Of a stretch of DNA of 64,000 nucleotides, positions 50,240 through 59,123 are shown piece after piece. The stretch lies in contig CAXXIY010000001.1 in assembly GCA_963675995.2 (NCBI GenBank), forward strand, positions 2,106,690 through 2,170,689. Reading direction: 5' to 3'. The stretch's first letter is position 1; each line of letters opens with the position of its first letter. Under the pieces are notes generated by a model. The model was given only the letters and a program-made list of their open reading frames with translations, was not told where the DNA came from and did no database searches. Origin of the DNA: Prolixibacteraceae bacterium (GTDB taxonomy: Bacteria > Bacteroidota > Bacteroidia > Bacteroidales > Prolixibacteraceae). Both the position numbers and the translations under genes were made by a program.

Positions 50240-52000
50240 TTACCCGTTGGTTGTTGCATAACCCACCTTGTCCGCAGGGTTCTTAACCAGCGCTTGCTCC
50301 ACCACCGCCCCGGCTAGCAGGTTCTGGGTGGTTTGGGCCTGATTGATACATTCTTTCAACGCATCGCAAAGGGCAAACAATTCATCCACTTTGGCTACAA
50401 TGCGGTGCTGCTCGGCGAGAGGGGGTAGAGGAATACAGGAACTTTCAATTCTATGAAGTGCTAACTTTGGTTGTGCAAGTTGTTTCGTTTTCTCAATAAA
50501 TTGATCTTGCAACATTTCGCTTGATAAAGTCTTTTGAAGCCAAGTTTTGTTAATCTCTTGAAACACAATTTTAGCTGCATTTTCTGTCAACTGCATTCCA
50601 TCAAAATATTCAGGTACTATACCAACATCTCCAATTGTACCAGCAATAGTAATATATAGATCATTTTTGCTGATAGTATATCTTGAAATTTCTGATTGGG
50701 TTTCCTTAGAAACGTACTTTAAATTGTCGCATAAGATTGTCCCATTCTTCATATTAGTTACTTGTACATAAATATACGGCGTTTCTGTCATTGAGAAAGA
50801 ATGCCCACTTGGAAGCCTTTTCCCTCCTTTTATTTCACTAAATGATCCGAGTCTCGTCCATTCCCATCCTTTCGGTAACTCAAACGGTTTTTTGTCATTA
50901 GTAATTTCAGGGAGCGGGTCTTGTTTTTTGATTTTACCTTCTTTGACCAGTTGTGCCTTTTCTTTGGCAATCTTCTTCAGCAGTTCGCTGGCGCGTTCGT
51001 CGTTTGGGTCTTGCGGTACGAGTTTGCCCATTACGGCCAGTTGGAGAATGGTTTGCTTGAGTTGGTCGATGCAGTATTCGGTGGTGAATAAGGTGTCGAA
51101 ATGGCTGGCAATGCGCTGCCAGGCTTCTTCCAGTTCGGCTGGACTGGCGGCACTGGTTAACGCACCAAGCAAAAGTTCTACTAAGGTTTGGTGGGCGGCA
51201 TTGCTTTCAGTTTGTTGCTGCTCCAGTTGGTCGCACAAGGCCATCAGTTCGTCTACTTTGGCAACAATGCGTTGCTGCTCGGCCAGAGGAGGAAGAGGAA
51301 TGACCAATTTTTCCATTCTTTCCTTTGTCATATGGATCATTGCTATACCGTTTCCTGATGCTTTTATCTTTTGTGTTATCGAAGATAAATATTGGTACAT
51401 GAACATTTTATCAAAAGAGGTCACATCAAAAAAATCTAATTTCCAAATATGGTAATGATATATTACTTTTCCTCCATCCCAAATAAATGGTCCAAATGAA
51501 GCAGACCAAGAATAAATTAAATCACCACTGTCAATATACTTTTCAGGTTCTAATTCCAAATCTGAATAATACCATTCATTAGAAGTAAAAAGATTACCCA
51601 CTCTCAAAAGAGGAGTTCCTTCCTGCAACATTTCATGTATTTTATATGCGCGGCCATTTATTACTTGCAAAACGTTTCCTAATCGTGCAAAAGACCATCC
51701 GGAAGGTACATTTTCAGGTTTATCATCATCTGCAATTTCGGGTAAAGGAGCTTGTTTCTTGATTTTTCCTTCTTTGATTAACCGCTTCTTTTCGGCTTCA
51801 ATCTTTTTCAGGAGAACGCTGGCAGGTTCATCTTTGGGGTCTTGTGGTACGAGTTTGCCGCGCACGGCCAGTTCCAAAATCAGCTCGCGAAGTTTCTGTA
51901 TGCCCAGCAAACTTTGGTTGTTTGCCCGTATGCCACGCCCGCTGGTTTTCAGGGTTTGTGCGGTTGTCCAGGTATCGAAAGTGTTTATAATTGTGTTCAT
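50240..52000 (-). CDS. hsdS: Type I restriction-modification specificity subunit
   Basis: Two target-recognition halves, each followed by the conserved helix LPPLAEQ(Q/H)RIVAKVDEL(M/F)ALCD. A duplicated LAV(R/M)GKLVPQDP..KEGKIKKQ.PLPEI segment precedes each half. Confidence 0.9.
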   Translation of the reverse strand: MNTIINTFDTWTTAQTLKTSGRGIRANNQSLLGIQKLRELILELAVRGKLVPQDPKDEPASVLLKKIEAEKKRLIKEGKIKKQAPLPEIADDDKPENVPSGWSFARLGNVLQVINGRAYKIHEMLQEGTPLLRVGNLFTSNEWYYSDLELEPEKYIDSGDLIYSWSASFGPFIWDGGKVIYHYHIWKLDFFDVTSFDKMFMYQYLSSITQKIKASGNGIAMIHMTKERMEKLVIPLPPLAEQQRIVAKVDELMALCDQLEQQQTESNAAHQTLVELLLGALTSAASPAELEEAWQRIASHFDTLFTTEYCIDQLKQTILQLAVMGKLVPQDPNDERASELLKKIAKEKAQLVKEGKIKKQDPLPEITNDKKPFELPKGWEWTRLGSFSEIKGGKRLPSGHSFSMTETPYIYVQVTNMKNGTILCDNLKYVSKETQSEISRYTISKNDLYITIAGTIGDVGIVPEYFDGMQLTENAAKIVFQEINKTWLQKTLSSEMLQDQFIEKTKQLAQPKLALHRIESSCIPLPPLAEQHRIVAKVDELFALCDALKECINQAQTTQNLLAGAVVEQALVKNPADKVGYATTNG

Positions 52001-52043
52001 GTTTTTGTTTTAAAATTTCGCGGTTACAAACCGTGATACCCAA

Positions 52044-52140
52044 ATCCGCGAATCGGAATTCGCGACACCCAGCAACACCCGGGTGATGCGGTTTTTAACC
52101 TCATTTTTAGATTATCCGCGAATCGGAATCCGCGGCACCC
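52044..52140. repeat. Two copies of a 27-nt palindromic element at the hsdM 3' end and in the hsdM-hsdS spacer
   Basis: ATCCGCGAATCGGAATTCGCGACACCC (52044-52070) and ATCCGCGAATCGGAATCCGCGGCACCC (52114-52140). Each contains a CGCGAAT..ATTCGCG-type hairpin. The second encodes the last residues of HsdM. Confidence 0.7.
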
Positions 52141-53591
52141 AATGCTTCGCTTAAAATGGATTTCAACTGGTTGCGCAAACTGCCGATGCTTTTTTGCTGC
52201 TGTTCGTATTTCCGAAGCAATTCATCGGGGTCGTGGCTCACCTGTTCGCCCACATGCGGGTTCTTCATGTCTAGGTTATAGTTCCGGGCTTTTATGTCTT
52301 CCAGCGAAACTTTCCATGCCTGTTCGTTTTCAACCCTTGCTGCAAAACCATCGGCTTCGGTTCCCCACCAGTCCATTTCTGGCTTAAACTCTTCGAAACG
52401 CATGGGTTTGGTTTTGTTGTAGCTTTTCACCCCTTCAGGATACGGGTGTTCGTAATACCAAACCGTTTCGGTGGACTTGCCTTTGGTAAAAAACAGCAGG
52501 TTGGTTTTTATGCCGGTGTACGGACTAAACACGCCGTTTGGCAAGCGGACAATGGTATGCAGGTTACACTCTTCGAACAGCTTTTCTTTGATGCGGGTTT
52601 TAATGCCTTCGCCAAACAGGAACCCGTCGGGCAATACGAGTGCCGCACGCCCATTGGGTTTCAGCAGATGAATGATGAGCGTGAGGAACAAATCGGCGGT
52701 TTCGCGGGTGCGGAAGGTGGCAGGAAAGTTATTCTCGATGCCGTCTTCTTCCATTCCCCCAAATGGCGGATTGGTCACAATTACATGCACCCGGTCTTTG
52801 GGTCCGTAGTCGCGCAAAGGGCGACTCAACGTGTTATCGTGCCGGATGTTTGTAGGTGAATCGATGCCATGCAAAATCATGTTGGTGGTGCAAAGCATGT
52901 GTGGCAAAGTCTTCTTTTCCACGCCATGAACCGTACTTTGAAGCAGCTCTTCGTCAGCAGCCGTATGAACGAAATGTTCGCGTTTGAATTCTATCACATT
53001 CGAAAGAAAACCACCGGTTCCGCAAGCCGGGTCGAGTACGATTTCATCCAGTTGCGGCGCTACCCGGTCAACGATAAGCGTAGTAACGGCCCGGGGTGTG
53101 TAAAATTCACCGGCATTTCCGGCGCTCTGTAAATCCTTCAGTATTTGTTCGTAAATGTTACCGAACGTGTGGCGGTCGTCTTTGGTGTTGAAATCAATTT
53201 CGCTGATTTTGTTGATCACCTGTCGCATCAGGGTGCCCGATTTCATGTAGTTGTAGGCATCTTCGAATACATTGTGAACAACCTGGGCACGCTTATTTTG
53301 CAGGTTCAGCTTATCTTTCAGGGTTGGAAACAGTTGCAGGTTCACAAAATCCGAGAGTTCGTCGCCTGTCATTCCTTCGGAGTCGGCAGCCCAGTTTCGC
53401 CACCGCAAATGTTCGGGCAGCGGCGATTTATAGTTGTCTTCGGTCAGCTCCAGTTCGGCTTCGCGGTCGTCAAATATCTTTAAAAAGAACATCCACACCA
53501 ATTGACTGATTCGTTGGGCATCACCATCGACACCCACGTCTTTTCGCATAATATCCTGAATGGACTTAATTATGCCTGATACATTGCTCAT
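52107..53591 (-). CDS. hsdM: Type I restriction-modification N6-adenine DNA methyltransferase subunit
   Basis: HsdM N-terminal domain, AdoMet motif (LDPACGTGGFL) and catalytic NPPFGG. A 4-nt overlap with hsdR. Confidence 0.92.
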   Translation of the reverse strand: MSNVSGIIKSIQDIMRKDVGVDGDAQRISQLVWMFFLKIFDDREAELELTEDNYKSPLPEHLRWRNWAADSEGMTGDELSDFVNLQLFPTLKDKLNLQNKRAQVVHNVFEDAYNYMKSGTLMRQVINKISEIDFNTKDDRHTFGNIYEQILKDLQSAGNAGEFYTPRAVTTLIVDRVAPQLDEIVLDPACGTGGFLSNVIEFKREHFVHTAADEELLQSTVHGVEKKTLPHMLCTTNMILHGIDSPTNIRHDNTLSRPLRDYGPKDRVHVIVTNPPFGGMEEDGIENNFPATFRTRETADLFLTLIIHLLKPNGRAALVLPDGFLFGEGIKTRIKEKLFEECNLHTIVRLPNGVFSPYTGIKTNLLFFTKGKSTETVWYYEHPYPEGVKSYNKTKPMRFEEFKPEMDWWGTEADGFAARVENEQAWKVSLEDIKARNYNLDMKNPHVGEQVSHDPDELLRKYEQQQKSIGSLRNQLKSILSEALGAADSDSRII

Positions 53592-55939
53592 GCTAATTTT
53601 TCCTGATTAAATAGTTCGTGTTCCAATTCCTGAAGGGCTTTGTCGTAGTTGGCTTTCCCTCCAAAGACCTGATTGATAATTTCCATTGGAGTACCCATTT
53701 CGCTGAAAGGTTTTAATTTCAGGATTTTGGTGTCTTCAATCGAAGTAATTCCTTTGTCGGCGTATTTGTCCAGCAGACTGTTTAAAATGGCTCTGGCCTG
53801 TTCGCCGTATTTGGTAAAATAATTTCTCTTTTTCACGTTATTTGCCCGCTCTTTTCGGGTCAGCGGTGGCTGATCGAAAGCGATGTGGCAAATTAAGTCA
53901 AAATCACCGTAATCTTTCCCGATTTCTTCCGCCAGATTTTCCAAAATGATGCCGTGTTCTTCCAGCATTTCAATAATCGCCTGCTTCTTTTTGGTCTTGT
54001 TCCACGATTTCAAAAAGTCGTTCAGTGTTGCAAACTCGGTCTGAACCTGTTTGCGTGTAAAGTCGCGGTACGACTCGGTGATCAATTGTCCGTTGTCGCC
54101 GTAATATTCAATTCGTTCGGCTACAATTCTCGCCGGAACACCACTGACATATACTTTCCGGCTTCCGGTTTGTTCTTCTTCATCCTCACCTTCGCCGTCA
54201 TCGTCCGGGTCTTCAGGATCGGGAGGCACAGGGTCGTCATCGTCACCGGGTTCATAAATCACTACCGGATCGCCATCAAAATCAGGATCGCGAAACAATT
54301 CGGTCGCCTTTTTGAAATCCATGATAGTAAAGAACATTTTGCCAAAATCTTCTTCAATGCGGGTTCCACGACCAATAATTTGTTTAAAAGTGGTCATCGA
54401 ACGGATGGTTTTATCCAGCACAATCACCTTACAGGTTTTGGCATCTACGCCTGTGGTCATCAGTTCCGAAGTGGTTGCAATTACCGGAAATTTACTTTCC
54501 GGGTCAATGAAATTATCCAGTTCAGCTTTCCCTTCCACACTGTCGCCTGTAATTCGCATCACGTATTTAGGGTTATCGGTAGCCAGTTTTCCGGCAGCGT
54601 TTACAATGGCAACGCGCATTCGTTCAGCATGGTCAATATCTTCGCAGAAAATAATTGTTTTTGAGAATGGGTCGGTGGCAAACAACAGTTTCATTACCCG
54701 CCCTGCCACCAGTTTAGTACGTTGATTCAGCACCAGAATCCGATCCATGTCTGCCTGATTGTAAGTGCGTTCTTCAATCTCCTGCCCTAAATCATCTTTC
54801 ATTCCGGGTGGAGGAGTCCAACCTTCAATGTCCTTGTCAATATCAATTCGGACTACTTTGTAGGGTGCCAGAAAACCATCCGCAATTCCTTGTTTCAGGC
54901 TGTAAGTATAAACCGGTTCGCCAAAGTAGGTAATGTTCGAAACGTATTTGGTTTCCTTTGGGGTGGCGGTCATACCAATTTGAATGGCATTCGAAAAATA
55001 TTCGAGTATTTCGCGCCAAGAAGCATCATCGGCAGCACTTCCGCGGTGACACTCATCAATCACAATCAGATCGAAAAAGTCAGGAGAAACATTTTTGAAA
55101 ATTTTATCGGCTTCATCGGGGCCGGTTATAGCCTGATATAAACCAAGGTAAATCTCATAAGACGGATCGATTTTCCGGTTCTTTATTTTGGTCATTACTG
55201 AACCGAATGGCTTGAAGTCGTTGATTAACGTTTGATCGGCCAAAATATTTCGGTCAACGAGGAATAAGGTTCTTTTAACCGCTTTGGCCTTCCACAATCG
55301 CCAAATAATTTGAAAAGTGGTATAGGTCTTACCGGTTCCGGTGGCCATTACGAGCAAAATCCTTTTCTCCCCGCGGGCAACGGCTTCAATGGTTCGGTTT
55401 ATTGCTTCCACCTGATAGTAGCGGGGTTCTTTACCCGAGCCATCGGTGTGAAATGGCTGAACTACCAATTTTTCATCTTCAGCCTTAATACCCCGGTACT
55501 GTTTGTATCGTGTCCAAAGTTCATATGGTGAAGGAAAAGCTTCTAACGGGAATTGGGTTTCTATATCATCGCCATCGGCCGGAATTTTATTGTGTGAAGC
55601 GAAAGCATCGCCATTTGAACTAAAAGCACTGGGAACTTCCAAAATATCAGCGTAACCCAAAGCTTGTTGCATTCCATGACTGACCGTGTGATTGTTGTCT
55701 TTGGCTTCAACAACAGCAAGCGGCACACCAGGTTCCCATTGAAGAACATAGTCGGCAAATTTTTTCTTCTTTTTGTTTCTGACTGACATATTGCCGCGCA
55801 CAATGACCGGGCCAGGTGTAAGCGTAACTTCACGCCTGATTTGTGTAGACGGTTCCCAGCCTGCATCTTTAATAGCGGGAGTGATATACAAATCGCAAAT
55901 GTCGATTTCGCTAAGTTCTTTTTTATTGATGTCGGTCAA
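53588..55939 (-). CDS. hsdR: Type I restriction endonuclease/translocase subunit (short, EcoAI/EcoEI-like size)
   Basis: N-terminal PD-(D/E)xK-like region (..VVEAKD..), Walker A MATGTGKT and DEAH-like box IVIDECHRGS. The 783-aa length and C-terminal region are reminiscent of type IB HsdR. Confidence 0.9.
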   Translation of the reverse strand: MTDINKKELSEIDICDLYITPAIKDAGWEPSTQIRREVTLTPGPVIVRGNMSVRNKKKKKFADYVLQWEPGVPLAVVEAKDNNHTVSHGMQQALGYADILEVPSAFSSNGDAFASHNKIPADGDDIETQFPLEAFPSPYELWTRYKQYRGIKAEDEKLVVQPFHTDGSGKEPRYYQVEAINRTIEAVARGEKRILLVMATGTGKTYTTFQIIWRLWKAKAVKRTLFLVDRNILADQTLINDFKPFGSVMTKIKNRKIDPSYEIYLGLYQAITGPDEADKIFKNVSPDFFDLIVIDECHRGSAADDASWREILEYFSNAIQIGMTATPKETKYVSNITYFGEPVYTYSLKQGIADGFLAPYKVVRIDIDKDIEGWTPPPGMKDDLGQEIEERTYNQADMDRILVLNQRTKLVAGRVMKLLFATDPFSKTIIFCEDIDHAERMRVAIVNAAGKLATDNPKYVMRITGDSVEGKAELDNFIDPESKFPVIATTSELMTTGVDAKTCKVIVLDKTIRSMTTFKQIIGRGTRIEEDFGKMFFTIMDFKKATELFRDPDFDGDPVVIYEPGDDDDPVPPDPEDPDDDGEGEDEEEQTGSRKVYVSGVPARIVAERIEYYGDNGQLITESYRDFTRKQVQTEFATLNDFLKSWNKTKKKQAIIEMLEEHGIILENLAEEIGKDYGDFDLICHIAFDQPPLTRKERANNVKKRNYFTKYGEQARAILNSLLDKYADKGITSIEDTKILKLKPFSEMGTPMEIINQVFGGKANYDKALQELEHELFNQEKLA

Positions 55940-56366
55940 AACATAAACGGTTGATTAGGTAAGGTATCTTACTTTAAACTATTTTCAAACTTAACAAATT
56001 ATATTTGTAATATTTTAATTTCTCCAAATTAATTTTTATTGTTCTTAATTTTAAAAACCAACGATCAGGCTCGAAGGGCCTTGGGCTTTGATGGAATTGG
56101 CTATAAAAATCTTGAATGAGAGTAGAATCAATCAGAAGATAATGTAGGTTTAATACTTATTCTGCAACTCAACTTTACAAATCAACTGTGTGGGTGGAAT
56201 ATTTAATGTAATAGCCAGTTTGAAGATGGTTATGATGGTTTGCTGACCTGAGCCACGTTAGAGAACTCGGATACGCCTTGAGATTTCTATAATAAATAGT
56301 GGGAGATTTACAACCTAAACCAAAACATGATTATATTACAATCAATTATTTGATTAAAATGTAACC

Positions 56367-57167
56367 ATGTGTAGAAAATTTGTGATAGTCAGCGAATTCG
56401 AAAAAATTGAAAGACGTTTTAACGTCTCCCTTAGTCCTAATATTGAACCTCTAGCGAAACATTATGCTGTTTCATCAGGCGATAAGTGTTATGTGATCAC
56501 ATGCGAAGATCCAAAGTTATTGCAGGAATTCACCTTCGGCATGACCCCCTTTTATGCTTCCGATCCAATGAATTTAATCACAGCCCGGGCCGAAGGCGAT
56601 AAAAACGGGAATAACGATCCCAATTATAACGGTTCCAGGTCCATTTTTCTTAAAACCCCCTTTAAAAAACCGATCTACTCACAACGTTGTCTGGTCATTG
56701 CCGATGCCTGGTATGAATGGACACCCCGTAAGAAACCCTTTCTATTTCACCTGATCAACAAAAACCGACCCTTCGCATTTGCAGGTATTTACGATTATTG
56801 GAAAAATCCGGATACCAACGAAATCACCACCTCTTTTTCGATCATAACCACGGTGGCAAATCCTTTGATTCAAAGTATAGGGATAAAGCGGTTGCCGGTA
56901 ATACTCTCCAAAATACACGAACAAGCGTGGATAAAATCGTCGAATCACTTATCCGATGTGCTGGTACTACTTAATCCCTATCCAGCCGAAGAGATCAGTT
57001 GTTACCCAGTGTCCGACAGGGTAAATTCACCAGGTGCAAATGACCCTTCACTACTAAATCCATTTGAGGAGAAACCACCGATTAATAGTAATACCACTTT
57101 TGTCCTCCGCAGCCATCGTCAGCCTAAACAGAAAGGCGATCCCGACAGATTATGTGTAGAAGTTTAG
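56367..57167 (+). CDS. SOS-response-associated peptidase (SRAP/YedK family), native C-terminus replaced by IS insertion
   Basis: Starts MCRKF (catalytic Cys2). The last four codons (CVEV) and the stop lie inside the IS481 left end. The pre-insertion reading continues after the IS as ..DRLWFKRN*. Confidence 0.75.
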   Translation: MCRKFVIVSEFEKIERRFNVSLSPNIEPLAKHYAVSSGDKCYVITCEDPKLLQEFTFGMTPFYASDPMNLITARAEGDKNGNNDPNYNGSRSIFLKTPFKKPIYSQRCLVIADAWYEWTPRKKPFLFHLINKNRPFAFAGIYDYWKNPDTNEITTSFSIITTVANPLIQSIGIKRLPVILSKIHEQAWIKSSNHLSDVLVLLNPYPAEEISCYPVSDRVNSPGANDPSLLNPFEEKPPINSNTTFVLRSHRQPKQKGDPDRLCVEV

Positions 57168-58498
57168 ACTTCGTCTGACAGTAGGGATATTTTTGAGTTA
57201 ATAATTCAATGCGTTTTTTAAGGCATCTTCTCCCGGAATGATATGCTGGATTTGGGGGCCATTAATGCCCCCGTGACCATTCCAGTCGGACAGGATATTC
57301 CTATCAGGTTGGTCGCCACCAGAGCCTGGTTCCGCTTCTCCTGTCAGGTATAAAGATACATCTTTTTGAAATTGAGTATCCAGCATTTTACTTTTTGTCA
57401 GGTGAAGTGTCTCATTCCATGTTTGCCACGGTGTTTTACCAAAACAGTACTTCCCGGAATGAGGACGTTCTTTGTTATAATGATCAAGCCAAAGATCCAC
57501 ATCTATCTGTAGATCAACTATGGAGCTGTAAATTTTTTTCCGAAAAGCTACCGCATAAAACTCTTCCTGCATCGTTTTGTGGAATCGTTCACAAATTCCA
57601 TTTGTCTGCGGATGCCTTGCTTTGGTTCGTGTATGATCGATGTCTTCTATTGCCAGGTATAATTGGTATTCATGATGTTCACGTGCTCCGCAATATTCGG
57701 TTCCCCGATCAGTTAAGATCCTTAGCAGTGGAATTTTACTTTCTTCATACATTGGCAATACCCTGTCATTAAGCATATCTGCGGCAACAAGGGCATTTTT
57801 ACGATCGTACAATTTAGCCTGGGCAACTTTAGTGTAAGTATCAATAAATGTTTGCTGATATATCCGACCAACACCTTTTATAGTGCCCACATAGTAAGTG
57901 TCTTGTGCACCGAGGTATCCTGGATGTTGCGTTTCTATCTCACCTTGTGCAAACTTTTCTTCCTTGGCTTTTTCAAGGGCTACAACCTGAGCTTCAGTCA
58001 AGACCAATCCATCCTGAGCAGCCCGTTTTTCAAGCAATTTAAGCCTTTTCTGGAAAGTTTCTACACCATTACGGAGCCAAACACAACGCACTCCTGCAGG
58101 GGAAATAAAAACACCTTTCTTCTTCAATTCGTTCGAGGCACGTTGTTGTCCATAAGCCGGAAAATCAAAGGCAATCTGTTTAACCTGATCTTCAATGGCC
58201 TCTTCAATGCGGTTTTTAAGTACTGGTTTCCTGCGTGAAACCTCATGAAGTGCTAATTCTCCTCCTTTTTCATACAGCTCTCTAAAACGGTAAAAGCTAT
58301 CACGACTGTAACCGAAGATTTTACAGGCTTGTGAAACGTTACCTAATTGCTCTGACAAATTGAGCAATCCTAACTTGGTTTTGATTAATTTTACTTCTGT
58401 ATTCATTTCTGACAGTTTTAGTGGATTAAACTTCTTTTTGAATGCAATTACAAAGTTAGTTTAATCCCTGACTGTCAGATTAAGTCGCAACTATTACA
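57155..58498 (-). mobile_element. IS481-family insertion sequence, copy 2 (1344 bp) with 7-bp target-site duplication
   Basis: Same ends as copy 1. GATTATG is present at 57148-57154 and at 58499-58505. Confidence 0.9.
57198..58406 (-). CDS. IS481-family DDE transposase (identical protein to 47173-48381)
   Basis: The 402-aa translation is identical to copy 1. Confidence 0.85.
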   Translation of the reverse strand: MNTEVKLIKTKLGLLNLSEQLGNVSQACKIFGYSRDSFYRFRELYEKGGELALHEVSRRKPVLKNRIEEAIEDQVKQIAFDFPAYGQQRASNELKKKGVFISPAGVRCVWLRNGVETFQKRLKLLEKRAAQDGLVLTEAQVVALEKAKEEKFAQGEIETQHPGYLGAQDTYYVGTIKGVGRIYQQTFIDTYTKVAQAKLYDRKNALVAADMLNDRVLPMYEESKIPLLRILTDRGTEYCGAREHHEYQLYLAIEDIDHTRTKARHPQTNGICERFHKTMQEEFYAVAFRKKIYSSIVDLQIDVDLWLDHYNKERPHSGKYCFGKTPWQTWNETLHLTKSKMLDTQFQKDVSLYLTGEAEPGSGGDQPDRNILSDWNGHGGINGPQIQHIIPGEDALKNALNY

Positions 58499-58631
58499 GA
58501 TTATGGTTTAAGAGAAATTAGATGTTGATTGTTTTCTCAAAAAGTGGGGCCCTTTATATATTCTGTAAAATTCTTCATTGCCTAGTTTTGTTAATCTTGG
58601 TTTAATAGGTCCGTTACCTTTATCAAATCAT

Positions 58632-59111
58632 TTATGGAGACTCAAATCCAGTTAGTTTAGCTTCAATTACAGGAATAATTGTCTCACAATACCTAATTGC
58701 TATCAGCCTTTTATTTTCGGTATATTCATCTGCAATACGATATTCACCTTCTTTCTCAATTCGATCAGCTGCTTCTCTAAGCAAATATGCCTTAAACTGT
58801 TCTGGCGTTAGAACTTCTTTCATCGCTTCATTTATCTTATTTTGGGTACTTAACATTTCTTGGTTTAACCTCCACATTTTGGAAACCAATGATTGTTGGG
58901 GAGACAAATTCGCTTTGTATTTATCATTGGCTCGTTCAAGTTGAGTCTTCCAGAATTTACCTCTTTGAACTTTTTCTCTGAGCTTATTAACAAAACCTTC
59001 AACCTCTCCTTTGCTGTTTATTACAATTCCTTCTGGATTTGTGAAAATATGAAAATAGCAATCAATATAGAAACGATGATGATGATCTTTGTCTTGAGCA
59101 TGGTGTTTCAA
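58632..59111 (-). CDS. Hypothetical protein (159 aa), last gene of the TPR operon
   Basis: Lies 12 nt downstream of the TPR lipoprotein gene on the same strand. Helical, K/E-rich. No motif recognised. Confidence 0.4.
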   Translation of the reverse strand: MKHHAQDKDHHHRFYIDCYFHIFTNPEGIVINSKGEVEGFVNKLREKVQRGKFWKTQLERANDKYKANLSPQQSLVSKMWRLNQEMLSTQNKINEAMKEVLTPEQFKAYLLREAADRIEKEGEYRIADEYTENKRLIAIRYCETIIPVIEAKLTGFESP

Positions 59112-59123
59112 TTATTGTGGATA

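Noticed and set aside
53954-54664. A 236-aa ORF, along with 54312-54725, 52446-52859, 53145-53483 and 50892-51455, lying on the strand opposite hsdR, hsdM and hsdS.
   Set aside because: They lie entirely antisense within well-supported hsd genes and have low-complexity, R/F/V-rich translations. They are shadow ORFs of GC-richer coding sequence.
47130-58498. Whether the two IS481 copies plus the intervening genes are an intact composite transposon.
   Set aside because: The outer flanks (CTTAAAC on the left, GATTATG on the right) do not form a target duplication, and copy 2 has its own private 7-bp duplication. The evidence points to independent insertion or rearrangement rather than en-bloc transposition.
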